From the NCBI GenBank assembly GCA_002269645.1, contig NIVC01000177.1, positions 398,810-462,809 on the forward strand: DNA of 64,000 bases, in the 5' to 3' direction. The translations under genes and the position numbers were made by a program. The notes below the pieces were generated by a model. The model did not search any database, was not told where the DNA came from, and saw nothing but the letters and a program-made list of their open reading frames with translations. The DNA comes from Macrostomum lignano (lineage: Eukaryota). Below are positions 1 through 11,310 of this stretch, one piece after another; the first letter of the stretch is position 1, and the number at the start of each line of letters is the position of its first letter.

Positions 1-288
1 CGCTACGGACAGGCGACGCCACGGATGCAGCGGCCGCAGCCTCCTCAGCTGCCCGACCTCCGAGCTGCTGCTCAGGTCGCTGACAGGCCGCCAAGTCACG
101 ACAGCTGTCCGTACGCCTTTCTCAACTGCATCAAGGGCAGCTCAAAGTACAAAGAGCTCAAGCTGATGCGCTCGACAAAGACTGTCAACTCGGTTAGCAG
201 GATCGATGAGATCTCCAAGATTCTTTTTCCAGCGCTGTTCGCCCTTTTCAACCTGGGGTACTGGACTCTGTACCTGAAGGTGCTGTGA
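1..288 (+). CDS. 3' end (M3-M4 loop, M4, stop) of a second, inverted copy of the GRD-like GABA-gated Cys-loop channel; gene continues beyond the left edge
   Basis: Translates [10 protein letters not shown]...[29 protein letters not shown]. It is the reverse complement of 6046-6333 except for 4 synonymous third-position changes (204, 240, 246, 249). Confidence 0.9.
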   Translation, partial: RYGQATPRMQRPQPPQLPDLRAAAQVADRPPSHDSCPYAFLNCIKGSSKYKELKLMRSTKTVNSVSRIDEISKILFPALFALFNLGYWTLYLKVL

Positions 289-566
289 CTGGAGTGTTCT
301 GTGCTCAACCTGGGGTACTGGACTCTGTACCTGAAGGTGCTGTGACTGGAGTGTTCTGTGCTCAACCTGGGGTACTGGACTCTGTACCTGAAGGTGCTGT
401 GACTGGAGTGTTCTGTGCTCAACTTGGGGTACTGGACTCTGTACCTGAAGGTGCTGTGACTGAAGTGTGCTGTGCTCAACCTGGGGTACTGGACCCTGTA
501 CCTGAAGGTGCTGTGACTGGAGTGTGCTGTGCTCAACCTGGGGTACTGGACTCTGTACCTGAAGGT
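247..566 (+). repeat. 57-bp tandem repeat, about 5.6 units, starting inside the last codons of the + copy
   Basis: CAAC(C/T)TGGGG recurs at 249, 306, 363, 420, 477 and 534. The unit encodes [12 protein letters not shown] plus a short 3'UTR segment. Confidence 0.97.
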
Positions 567-849
567 TCCGTAACGTGAGTGTGCTTTTGAACTGTTCAAT
601 CCGATGCACTTGAAATACTAAACTACTACTATATACTAAATAATTGTACTACATTAATATAGCAATATCCTCATGGGAGTAAACTCAGTAGTTACCATAA
701 CTGACTGTCTATTCAAGATTTTCATTATCCCTGTTGTGTCCTGTTCCTGTAGGTACTAGCAAACCCTAAGTATGCGCTGTTCTGTTTGTTGTCGAACTGT
801 TTCTAAACATAACAGCAGAAATCAATGTGTTTTTGTTAATTAGTAGTAA

Positions 850-855
850 AATAAA
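850..855 (+). promoter_or_regulatory. Candidate polyadenylation signal AATAAA for the + copy
   Basis: AATAAA at 850-855 in the unique AT-rich spacer downstream of the + stop codon. Confidence 0.35.
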
Positions 856-920
856 GTGGAAGAATTCATCAAACATTAAAGGACATGCTTTGCACAAAAG
901 CAGTCACGTATAATTACGAG

Positions 921-926
921 TTTATT
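921..926 (-). promoter_or_regulatory. Candidate polyadenylation signal AATAAA for the - copy
   Basis: TTTATT at 921-926, in the unique spacer beyond the 5-kb array on the minus strand. Confidence 0.3.
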
Positions 927-1034
927 TGTTTTACTTATTTCCTTATACGCTCGTGTAACTTTCAGCTGTGTAGGGCAGTAGTGGTACAGTAGTGGCCTTA
1001 AACATTTAGGTGCTATGTGTCATCAGCAACTTCG

Positions 1035-4000
1035 CCTTCAGGTACAGAGTCCAGTACCCCACACAGGTTGAGCACAGCACACTCCAGTCACAGCACCTTC
1101 AGGTACAGAGTCCAGTACCCCAGGTTAAACACAGCACACTCCAGTCACAGCACCTTCAGGTACAGAGTCCAGTACCCCAGGTTGAGCACAGCACACTCCA
1201 GTCACAGCACCTTCAGGTACAGAGTCCAGTACCCCAGGTTGAACACAGCACACTCCAGTCACAGCACCTTCAGGTACAGAGTCCAGTACCCCAGGTTGAA
1301 CACAGCACACCAGTCACAGCACCTTCAGGTACAGAGTCCAGTAACCTAGGTTGAGCACAGCACACTTCAGTCACAGCACCTTCAGGTACAGGGTCCAGTA
1401 CCCCAGGTTGAACACAGCAGCACACTCCAGTCACAGCACCTTCAGGTACAGAGTCCAGTACCCCAGGTTGAGCACAGCACACTCCAGTCACAGCACCTTC
1501 AGGTACAGGGTCCAGTACCCCAGGTTGAACACAGCAGCACACTCCAGTCACAGCACCTTCAGGTACAGAGTCCAGTACCCCAGGTTGAACACAGCACACC
1601 AGTCACAGCACCTTCAGGTACAGAGTCCAGTACCCCAGGTTGAGCACAGCACACTTCAGTCACAGCACCTTCAGGTACAGGGTCCAGTACCCCAGGTTGA
1701 ACACAGCAGCACACTCCAGTCACAGCACCTTCAGGTACAGAGTCCAGTACCCCAGGTTGAACACAGCACACCAGTCACAGCACCTTCAGGTACAGAGTCC
1801 AGTAACCTAGGTTGAGCACAGCACACTTCAGTCACAGCACCTTCAGGTACAGGGTCCAGTACCCCAGGTTGAGCACAGCACACTTCAGTCACAGCACCTT
1901 CAGGTACAGGGTCCAGTACCCTAGGTTGAGCACAGCGACAGCACACTTCAGTCACAGCACCTTCAGGTACAGAGTCCAGTATCCCAGGTTATACACAGCA
2001 GCACACTCCAGTCACAGCACCTTCAGGTACAGGGTCCAGTACCCCAGGTTGAGCACAGCACACTTCAGTCACAGCACCTTCAGGTACAGAGTCCAGTACC
2101 CCAGGTTGAGCACAGCACACTCCAGTCACAGCACCTTCAGGTACAGGGTCCAGTACCCCAGGTTGAACACAGCACACCAGTCACAGCAGCTTCAGGTACA
2201 GAGTCCAGTACCCCAGGTTGAACACAGAACACTCCAGTCACAGCACCTTCAGGTACAGAGTCCAGTACCCCAGGTTGAGCACAGAACACTCCAGTCACAG
2301 CACCTTCAGGTACAGAGTCCAGTATCCCAGGTTGAGCACAGCACACTCTAGTCACAGCACCTTCAGGTACAGAGTCCAGTATCCCAGGTTGAGCACAGCA
2401 CACTCCAGTCACAGCACCTTCAGGTACAGAGTCCAGTATCCCAGGTTGAACACAGCACACTCCAGTCACAGCACCTTCAGGTACAGAGTCCAGTATCCCA
2501 GGTTGAACACAGCAGCACACTCCAGTCACAGCACCTTCAGGTACAGAGTCCAGTACCCCAGGTTGAGCACAGCACACTCCAGTCACAGCACCTTCAGGTA
2601 CAGAGTCCAGTATCCCAGGTTGAACACAGCAGCACACTCCAGTCACAGCACCTTCAGGTACAGAGTCCAGTACCCCAGGTTGAGCACAGCACACTTCAGT
2701 CACAGCACCTTCAGGTACAGAGTCCAGTACCCCAGGTTGAGCACAGCACACTTCAGTCACAGCATCTTCAGGTACAGAGTCCAGTATCCCAGGTTGAACA
2801 CAGCAGCACACTCCAGTCACAGCACCTTCAGGTACAGAGTCCAGTACCCCAGGTTGAACACAGCACACCAGTCACAGCACCTTCAGGTACAGAGTCCAGT
2901 AACCTAGGTTGAGCACAGCACACTTCAGTCACAGCACCTTCAGGTACAGGGTCCAGTACCCCAGGTTGAGCACAGCACACTTCAGTCACAGCACCTTCAG
3001 GTACAGGGTCCAGTACCCTAGGTTGAGCACAGCGACAGCACACTTCAGTCACAGCACCTTCAGGTACAGAGTCCAGTATCCCAGGTTGAACACAGCAGCA
3101 CACTCCAGTCACAGCACCTTCAGGTACAGAGTCCAGTACCCCAGGTTGAGCACAGCACACTTCAGTCACAGCACCTTCAGGTACAGAGTCCAGTACCCCA
3201 GGTTGAGCACAGCACACTTCAGTCACAGCATCTTCAGGTACAGAGTCCAGTATCCCAGGTTGAACACAGCAGCACACTCCAGTCACAGCACCTTCAGGTA
3301 CAGAGTCCAGTACCCCAGGTTGAACACAGCACACCAGTCACAGCACCTTCAGGTACAGAGTCCAGTAACCTAGGTTGAGCACAGCACACTTCAGTCACAG
3401 CACCTTCAGGTACAGGGTCCAGTACCCCAGGTTGAGCACAGCACACTTCAGTCACAGCACCTTCAGGTACAGGGTCCAGTACCCTAGGTTGAGCACAGCG
3501 ACAGCACACTTCAGTCACAGCACCTTCAGGTACAGAGTCCAGTACCCCAGGTTGAACACAGCACACCAGTCACAGCACCTTCAGGTACAGAGTCCAGTAA
3601 CCTAGGTTGAGCACAGCACACTTCAGTCACAGCACCTTCAGGTACAGGGTCCAGTACCCCAGGTTGAGCACAGCACACTTCAGTCACAGCACCTTCAGGT
3701 ACAGGGTCCAGTACCCCAGGTTGAACACAGCACACCAGTCACAGCACCTTCAGGTACAGGGTCCAGTACCCCAGGTTGAGCACAGCACACCAGTCACAGC
3801 ACCTTCAGGTACAGAGTCCAGTACCCCAGGTTGAGCACAGCACACTCCAGTCACAGCACCTTCAGGTACAGGGTCCAGTACCCCAGGTTGAGCACAGCAC
3901 ACTTCAGTCACAGCACCTTCAGGTACAGAGTCCAGTACCCCAGGTTGAGCACAGCACACTTCAGTCACAGCATCTTCAGGTACAGAGTCCAGTATCCCAG

Positions 4001-6090
4001 GTTGAACACAGCAGCACACTCCAGTCACAGCACCTTCAGGTACAGAGTCCAGTACCCCAGGTTGAGCACAGCACACTTCAGTCACAGCACCTTCAGGTAC
4101 AGAGTCCAGTACCCCAGGTTGAGCACAGCACACTTCAGTCACAGCATCTTCAGGTACAGAGTCCAGTATCCCAGGTTGAACACAGCAGCACACTCCAGTC
4201 ACAGCACCTTCAGGTACAGAGTCCAGTACCCCAGGTTGAACACAGCACACCAGTCACAGCACCTTCAGGTACAGAGTCCAGTAACCTAGGTTGAGCACAG
4301 CACACTTCAGTCACAGCACCTTCAGGTACAGGGTCCAGTACCCCAGGTTGAGCACAGCACACTTCAGTCACAGCACCTTCAGGTACAGAGTCCAGTACCC
4401 TAGGTTGAGCACAGCGACAGCACACTTCAGTCACAGCACCTTCAGGTACAGAGTCCAGTATCCCAGGTTAAACACAGCAGCACACTCCAGTCACAGCACC
4501 TTCAGGTACAGAGTCCAGTACCCCAGGTTGAACACAGCACACCAGTCACAGCACCTTCAGGTACAGAGTCCAGTAACCTAGGTTGAGCACAGCACACTTC
4601 AGTCACAGCACCTTCAGGTACAGGGTCCAGTACCCCAGGTTGAGCACAGCACACTTCAGTCACAGCACCTTCAGGTACAGGGTCCAGTACCCCAGGTTGA
4701 ACACAGCACACCAGTCACAGCACCTTCAGGTACAGGGTCCAGTACCCCAGGTTGAGCACAGCACACCAGTCACAGCACCTTCAGGTACAGAGTCCAGTAC
4801 CCCAGGTTGAGCACAGCACACTTCAGTCACAGCACCTTCAGGTACAGGGTCCAGTACCCCAGGTTGAGCACAGCACACTTCAGTCACAGCACCTTCAGGT
4901 ACAGAGTCCAGTACCCCAGGTTGAGCACAGCACACTTCAGTCACAGCATCTTCAGGTACAGAGTCCAGTATCCCAGGTTGAACACAGCAGCACACTCCAG
5001 TCACAGCACCTTCAGGTACAGAGTCCAGTACCCCAGGTTGAGCACAGCACACTTCAGTCACAGCACCTTCAGGTACAGAGTCCAGTACCCCAGGTTGAGC
5101 ACAGCACACTTCAGTCACAGCATCTTCAGGTACAGAGTCCAGTATCCCAGGTTGAACACAGCAGCACACTCCAGTCACAGCACCTTCAGGTACAGAGTCC
5201 AGTACCCCAGGTTGAACACAGCACACCAGTCACAGCACCTTCAGGTACAGAGTCCAGTAACCTAGGTTGAGCACAGCACACTTCAGTCACAGCACCTTCA
5301 GGTACAGGGTCCAGTACCCCAGGTTGAGCACAGCACACTTCAGTCACAGCACCTTCAGGTACAGGGTCCAGTACCCTAGGTTGAGCACAGCGACAGCACA
5401 CTTCAGTCACAGCACCTTCAGGTACAGAGTCCAGTATCCCAGGTTGAACACAGCAGCACACTCCAGTCATGCACAGCACCTTCAGGTACAGAGTCCAGTA
5501 CCCCAGGTTGAACACAGCACACCAGTCACAGCACCTTCAGGTACAGAGTCCAGTAACCTAGGTTGAGCACAGCACACTTCAGTCACAGCACCTTCAGGTA
5601 CAGGGTCCAGTACCCCAGGTTGAGCACAGCACACTTCAGTCACAGCACCTTCAGGTACAGAGTCCAGTATCCCAGGTTGAGCACAGCACACTCCAGTCAC
5701 AGCACCTTCAGGTACAGAGTCCAGTACCCCAGGTTGAGCACAGCACACTTCAGTCACAGCACCTTCAGGTACAGAGTCCAGTACCCTAGGTTGAGCACAG
5801 CGACAGCACACTTCAGTCACAGCACCTTCAGGTACAGAGTCCAGTATCCCAGGTTGAACACAGCAGCACACTCCAGTCACAGCACCTTCAGGTACAGAGT
5901 CCAGTACCCCAGGTTGAACACAGCACACCAGTCACAGCACCTTCAGGTACAGAGTCCAGTAACCTAGGTTGAGCACAGCACACTTCAGTCACAGCACCTT
6001 CAGGTACAGGGTCCAGTACCCCAGGTTGAGCACAGCACACTTCAGTCACAGCACCTTCAGGTACAGAGTCCAGTACCCCAGGTTAAACAG
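1035..6090 (-). repeat. 57-bp minisatellite, about 88 units, with higher-order structure; same unit as 247-566 in opposite orientation
   Basis: Unit CCAGTCACAGCACCTTCAGGTACAGAGTCCAGTACCCCAGGTTGAGCACAGCACACT (period 57, e.g. 1141 to 1198). It is continuous with the terminal exon of the - gene. Confidence 0.98.
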
Positions 6091-9000
6091 GGCAAACAGC
6101 GCTGGAAAAAGAATCTTGGAGATCTCATCTATCCTGCTAACCGAGTTGACAGTCTTTGTCGAGCGCATCAGCTTGAGCTCTTTGTACTTTGAGCTGCCCT
6201 TGATGCAGTTGAGAAAGGCGTACGGACAGCTGTCGTGACTTGGCGGCCTGTCAGCGACCTGAGCAGCAGCTCGGAGGTCGGGCAGCTGAGGAGGCTGCGG
6301 CCGCTGCATCCGTGGCGTCGCCTGTCCGTAGCGAAGGCCGCCGTTCTCAGGAGCGCCGTCGGTCTCCAGGGTGACGTGAGTCTCTCCGCTGCCGTGCTTG
6401 GTGAAGTAGTGCACAGAGGCGAACTCAATGATGGTGGCGAGGATCTGAGCGAAGCACATGCCGACGTACCAGTCCAGAGCGGTCCCGTAGCTGACCCTGG
6501 GCAGGTCCTGCCGGTTGTCCATGCCGAGGAAGGTCATCGTGAGCACTGTAGTGATGCTCAATGCTATTCGATCAGATGTAGCTTCCCGATTGATCCAGAA
6601 TCCGACCCAGCTGAGAACTACGAGCAGACTGCAGGGCAGGTACAGCTGCAAGGTCAGCGATTCAGCGTTTGTTTCGAATTCTTTTGCGAAGTTTCTTTTT
6701 GAGACCATTTAACCATGGCCTAGTTTGGTTAACCCAGAGGTTGGCAAACTTCGACCCTCAGGCCACATGCGGCCCCTCTTTATCCGGCCCTCGGGTTTGT
6801 GAACAATATCATAATAATAACAATCCGGCTGGCGCACAAGGTTTATATCTCTTCTCAGATCTCTTTTTCTCCTCTCCCCTCTCCTCTCTTCCCTTTCTTT
6901 CCTCATCCTTGCAGCCATGACAGCCGAAGTAAGAGTCACCTTCGCATGCATGCTTAATGAGCTTGAATTAAACAATTATAAATATGGCGACGTATGCAAG
7001 TTAAGATGGATCCGTCAGCTTCTACTGCTGAAGTAGCACCTAGGGCACTAGAATTTCGTCCAGGCCATTTTCATGTATAGCGTTATTTAGTGGTGACTCC
7101 ATCAGCACAGATTTAATGAGCTTCCGTCCGATGACAGTCCCCCCCCAAGGACTATTTCGCTTAATTCACTTCATCGGCCTGCAGCTCTCGAGGCAGCTGG
7201 AAAAGAAGAGGGATTCGGTGCTAATCTGGGTCGCTGACAGGAAAGATTTCTCCTGCTGCATGCTGGACGCCATGTGGCTCTCATTTCATTTCAACAGGAG
7301 AATGAAGCAGGGATCTAGGAGTCTGAATTTTAACTAGATGGAATAAAATTCACTGGATTAAGCTGTCTCGCCGCGCGCGTGCAGTTTGTCGGTTTTCCAA
7401 TCCAAAACTGGCAACGAAATGAGATTCCAAGAAACGAGATTTACCCGGTAATATTCAAGTGGACGATAGTAGAGTTTGGGAGCGCCTATTCCAATATTCC
7501 TGATAAATTTCGCGCAAGTTGTATCTCGGCTCACGGCCACTTTAGCGATCCAATGCATCGTCAAACTCTGCAGGCTTTGGGAACCTTTAGCTTGCCGAAA
7601 GCACCGCTGAGTACATGAGTTTTATGTGCGTTTTGTTCGTTGCACCTTGAGTCTGAGCTGTCACCAGACTTCCACTCATTTTCATCAACTACTCACCTGC
7701 AGTAGAAAATACCCCATGTGCCGTTCAAACTCGAAGTGACACATCAACGCCGAGAAGGAGCCTCGTCTGCCCATTCGAAGCGTGTCACGGCTGATGGGAA
7801 TTCCTGTTGGCCCGGTTGATAAGCGGAACTTGTGACAAACCATCATCGCTAACTGCTCTGATTAACTGGGAGACAGAATTCTGATTCGCAACTCAAGCAG
7901 AGAAGCCACACCATCAACTCAAACCCACGGAAGCAACTCAAGCAGAGAAGCCACACCATCAACTCAAAGACACGGAAGCAACTCCAGCAGAGAAGCCACA
8001 CCATCAACTCAAAGACACGGAAGCAACTCAAGCAGAGAAGCCACACCATCAACTCAAAGACACGGAAGCAACTCCAGCAGAGAAGCCACACCATCAACTC
8101 AAAGACACGGAAGCAACTCAAGCAGAGAAGCCACACCATCAACTCAAAGACACGGAAGCAACTCAAGCAGAGAAGCCACACCATCAACTCAAAGACACGG
8201 AAGCATCTCCAGCAGAGAAGCCACACCATCAACTCAAAGACACGGAAGCAACTCAAGCAGAGAAGCCACACCATCAACTCAAAGACACGGAAGCAACTCA
8301 AGCAGAGAAGCCACACCATCAACTCAAAGACACGGAAGCAACTCAAGCAGAGAAAGAGAAGCCACACCATCAACTCAAAGACACGGAAGCAACTCAAGCA
8401 GAGAAGCCACACCATCAACTCAAAGACACGGAAGCAACTCAAGCAGAGAAAGAGAAGCCACACCATCAACTCAAAGACACGGAAGCAACTCAAGCAGAGA
8501 AGCCACACCATCAACTCAAAGACACGGAAGCAACTCAAGCAGAGAAGCCACACCATCAACTCAAAGACACGGAAGCAACTCAAGCAGAGAAGCCACACCA
8601 TCAACTCAAACACACGGAAGCATCTCCAGCAAAAAAGCCACACCATCAACTCAAAGACACGGAAGCAACTCAAGCAGAGAAGCCACACCATCAACTCAAA
8701 GACACGGAAGCAACTCAAGCAGAGAAGCCACACCATCAACTCAAAGACACGGAAGCAACTCAAGCAGAGAAGCCACACCATCAACTCAAAGACACGGAAG
8801 CAACTCAAGCAGAGAAGCCACACCATCAACTCAAAGACACGGAAGCAACTCAAGCAGAGAAGCCACACCATCAACTCAAAGACACGGAAGCAACTCAAGC
8901 AGAGAAGCCACACCATCAACTCAAAGACACGGAAGCAACTCAAGCAGAGAAGCCACACCATCAACTCAAAGACACGGAAGCAACTCAAGCAGAGAAGCCA

Positions 9001-10120
9001 CACCATCAACTCAAAGACACTGAAGCAACTCAAGCAGAGAAGCCACACCATCAACTCAAAGACACGGAAGCAACTCAAGCAGAGAAGCCACACCATCAAC
9101 TCAAAGACACGGAAGCAACTCAAGCAGAGAAGCCACACCATCAACTCAAAGACACGGAAGCAACTCAAGCAGCGAAGCCACACCATCAACTCAAAGACAC
9201 GGAAGCAACTCAAGCAGAGAAGCCACACCATCAACTCAAAGACACTGAAGCAACTCAAGCAGAGAAGCCACACCATCAACTCAAAGACACGGAAGCAACT
9301 CAAGCAGAGAAGCCACACCATCAACTCAAAGACACGGAAGCAACTCAAGCAGAGAAGCCACCCAATAACCCCATCGACTCCGACTGTCTCGAAAGGACTC
9401 AAAACAAACTTTGTCACAAAGACCCAAGCACAGTACAGCTGACTCACTGCGCAAGTCGAACTGGGACAGCAGCAGGTCTTTGTTCAGCTGAATCGACTCA
9501 TCGCCTTTACTCCACTCGTACACCACATCTGCCTCTGTGTAGCCGTGACTGCTTACCACCAACGGACACACCTGGGTGTCCATGGGGAACTTGAGCAGAT
9601 TCATGGGACAATTGGCCTTGATGGTGAGTCTCATTGAGTAGAGAATGTGCCCGGTGCTGTTAATCCTGAAGAGTACATTCGGAGACGTGATGTTGTGCAA
9701 GTACGAGCCCATGCCGTTCACAAAGTACGTGTCCGGCTTCCAGATGTCTCTGAGCATTTTCTCGTTCAGCTGCAGGTGCGAAAAGTTGTGATGAGTTGGA
9801 AAGGTGAGCCTGGCGTCCATCCACTCCTGCCTGAAGTAGCAGTCGAATGAGAATATCATGGACTTCTCAGAGATGGGACCGACGCTCCTGTTGTTCATGT
9901 TGATGCGCACAGTAACCGGCTGCGCGTCAAAGTCGGGCCTGAGGTTCTTGTCGTAGTTGTCCAGCAGTCTGTTGAGCGTTTCGGTGATGTTCTTGGTCAT
10001 CTCGGTGTGGTTGACTCCGGCTGTGTACAGCATGGCTGAGCAAGGGCTGCCGATCGGGAGGGCGAGAATGATGGCGAGGCACACGAGAGGATGCTGTAGA
10101 CTGCCTGAGTTAAACAGCAT
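6046..10120 (-). CDS. GABA-gated Cys-loop ligand-gated ion channel subunit, invertebrate GRD/CG8916-like (alpha-like), 459 aa
   Basis: Exons 10120-9448, 7803-7697 and 6645-6046 (GTGAGT donors, CAG acceptors, phases 1 and 0, 1380 nt). Signal peptide; YDKNLRP; YFRQEW (loop D Arg); WKPDTYF; Cys-loop CPMNLLKFPMDTQVC; RHMGYFLLQLYLPC; M1-M2 WINREATSDRIALSITTVLT; DLPRVSYGTALD; M4. Confidence 0.93.
6735..6795 (+). mobile_element. Fragment resembling a hAT/Charlie-type transposon end, in intron 2
   Basis: CAGAGGTTGGCAAACTTCGACCCTCAGGCCACATGCGGCCC resembles the CAGGGGTCGGCAAAC..GGCCCGCGGGCCA..GCGGCCC terminus of Charlie-type MITEs. No matching second end was found. Confidence 0.45.
7889..9361. repeat. 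45-bp intronic minisatellite, about 33 units
   Basis: Unit CAACTCAAGCAGAGAAGCCACACCATCAACTCAAAGACACGGAAG. It fills intron 1 of the GABA receptor gene. Confidence 0.97.
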
Positions 10121-11149
10121 TGTACCAATTCTGTTAATGAGAGCGTATTTTCAACTTCTGTTCGTGAGTGCCAGCTTTTGCGGTCTATTGGAACAGCACC
10201 CAATTTATAGCGGCGCGCTGTCCTTCCCTCATTGGCCAATGGCTGCAAGCACTTTGCTGGTCTAAACACTGTTTTCTGAGTTTCTTTGCCAGCCAGCTAG
10301 TCTTACAAATGTTATTTATGCGAGAAACTATACTGGGATCAAAATTTCCCACTTTTTTGTAGAATAATGCAGTACTAAGAAACGCAATAATTTTACTACG
10401 ATTGTGAGCGCCGATTAAACCGAAAACATCGAGAGCCTGTTCTCGTTCTTCATCAAAATGTCATGGACTTCTGGATCAGCTTTAGCGGGAACGAGGGATG
10501 GAATTGGATCCACGGTACCCGTTTGCGGATAAAATCTAATAAAAGCAGGATTAAAAATCTGGAATTAATTTACGCGTTCCGAGAAAGTGCGCACTTTGTT
10601 TACACAGTAGTTAAGGTAAATTTATGTACTTTTTTCGTCTTTATAGAAAATCGCTGCTTGCTTTTTCCATGGGTGGGTGAGATTTTGCCAGCTTTGGTTC
10701 ATTGTCTCTATACGCGTCATTATTACATGTAGTGAGATTTCAATCAGTGAATACACGTAGATGCACGCCACGTGAATTTCGAGTAGCTACTCAATTCCAA
10801 TCGGCATTGGTTTTTATTCCCTACTATAGTTATATAGATGTGCTTCATTAAGTGGAAACTTGGGGGCTCTTTCAGTTACGAAGCTTGATTTACAAACAAC
10901 TACGAACAAATGCGAATGGCCATTATCTTTGTTCAAAAAATTCACGTCGCGCCTGGGCCTCGGGATCAAGAAAAAACTAGCTGTTATATACGTATGGAAA
11001 TAAAGTGTATAGATCTTTCTTTACATACTTAGAAGTAATTTATGAATGCGACTGCATTGTTTGCGGGTGCCAAAGCTGCAGGGGAACTCGGTAGCTACCG
11101 TAATCGATTTGTCTTTTATTTACGATGCTTGTAAATATGTATTGTACAC

Positions 11150-11310
11150 TGTATATATATATATATATATATCATATACATACGTATATACATTTACATA
11201 TATATACATATATGTAAATGTATATATTACATACATATGTATGTATGCATGTATACATACATGTATATGTATACATATGTATATACATACAGGGGGTTGT
11301 ATATATATCA
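11150..11310. repeat. (TA)/(CA)/(TG) low-complexity microsatellite
   Basis: Alternating purine-pyrimidine run TATATATATA...CATATATGTATGTATGCATGTATAC. Confidence 0.8.

Noticed and set aside
247-6090. Regular arrays as CRISPR
   Set aside because: Units are contiguous with no unique spacers, there are no cas genes, and the context is intron-containing eukaryotic DNA. The same applies to all other arrays.
96-6238. Dozens of ORFs such as [19 protein letters not shown] / [18 protein letters not shown]
   Set aside because: These are alternative frames of the 57-bp (19-codon) repeat, with no independent coding evidence.
1-6333. Pure fold-back assembly artefact explaining the inversion
   Set aside because: Four synonymous differences, unequal array lengths and a unique spacer argue for real paralogy (not fully excluded without reads).
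7140-7320. Coding-looking stretch in GABA intron 2
   Set aside because: No frame matches Cys-loop sequence, and the gene model closes in phase without it.
7849-9447. 532-aa hydrophobic ORF (LLCLSCFRVFELMVW)n
   Set aside because: A 45-bp intronic repeat without stops. It starts at the GT donor and is out of frame with exon 1.
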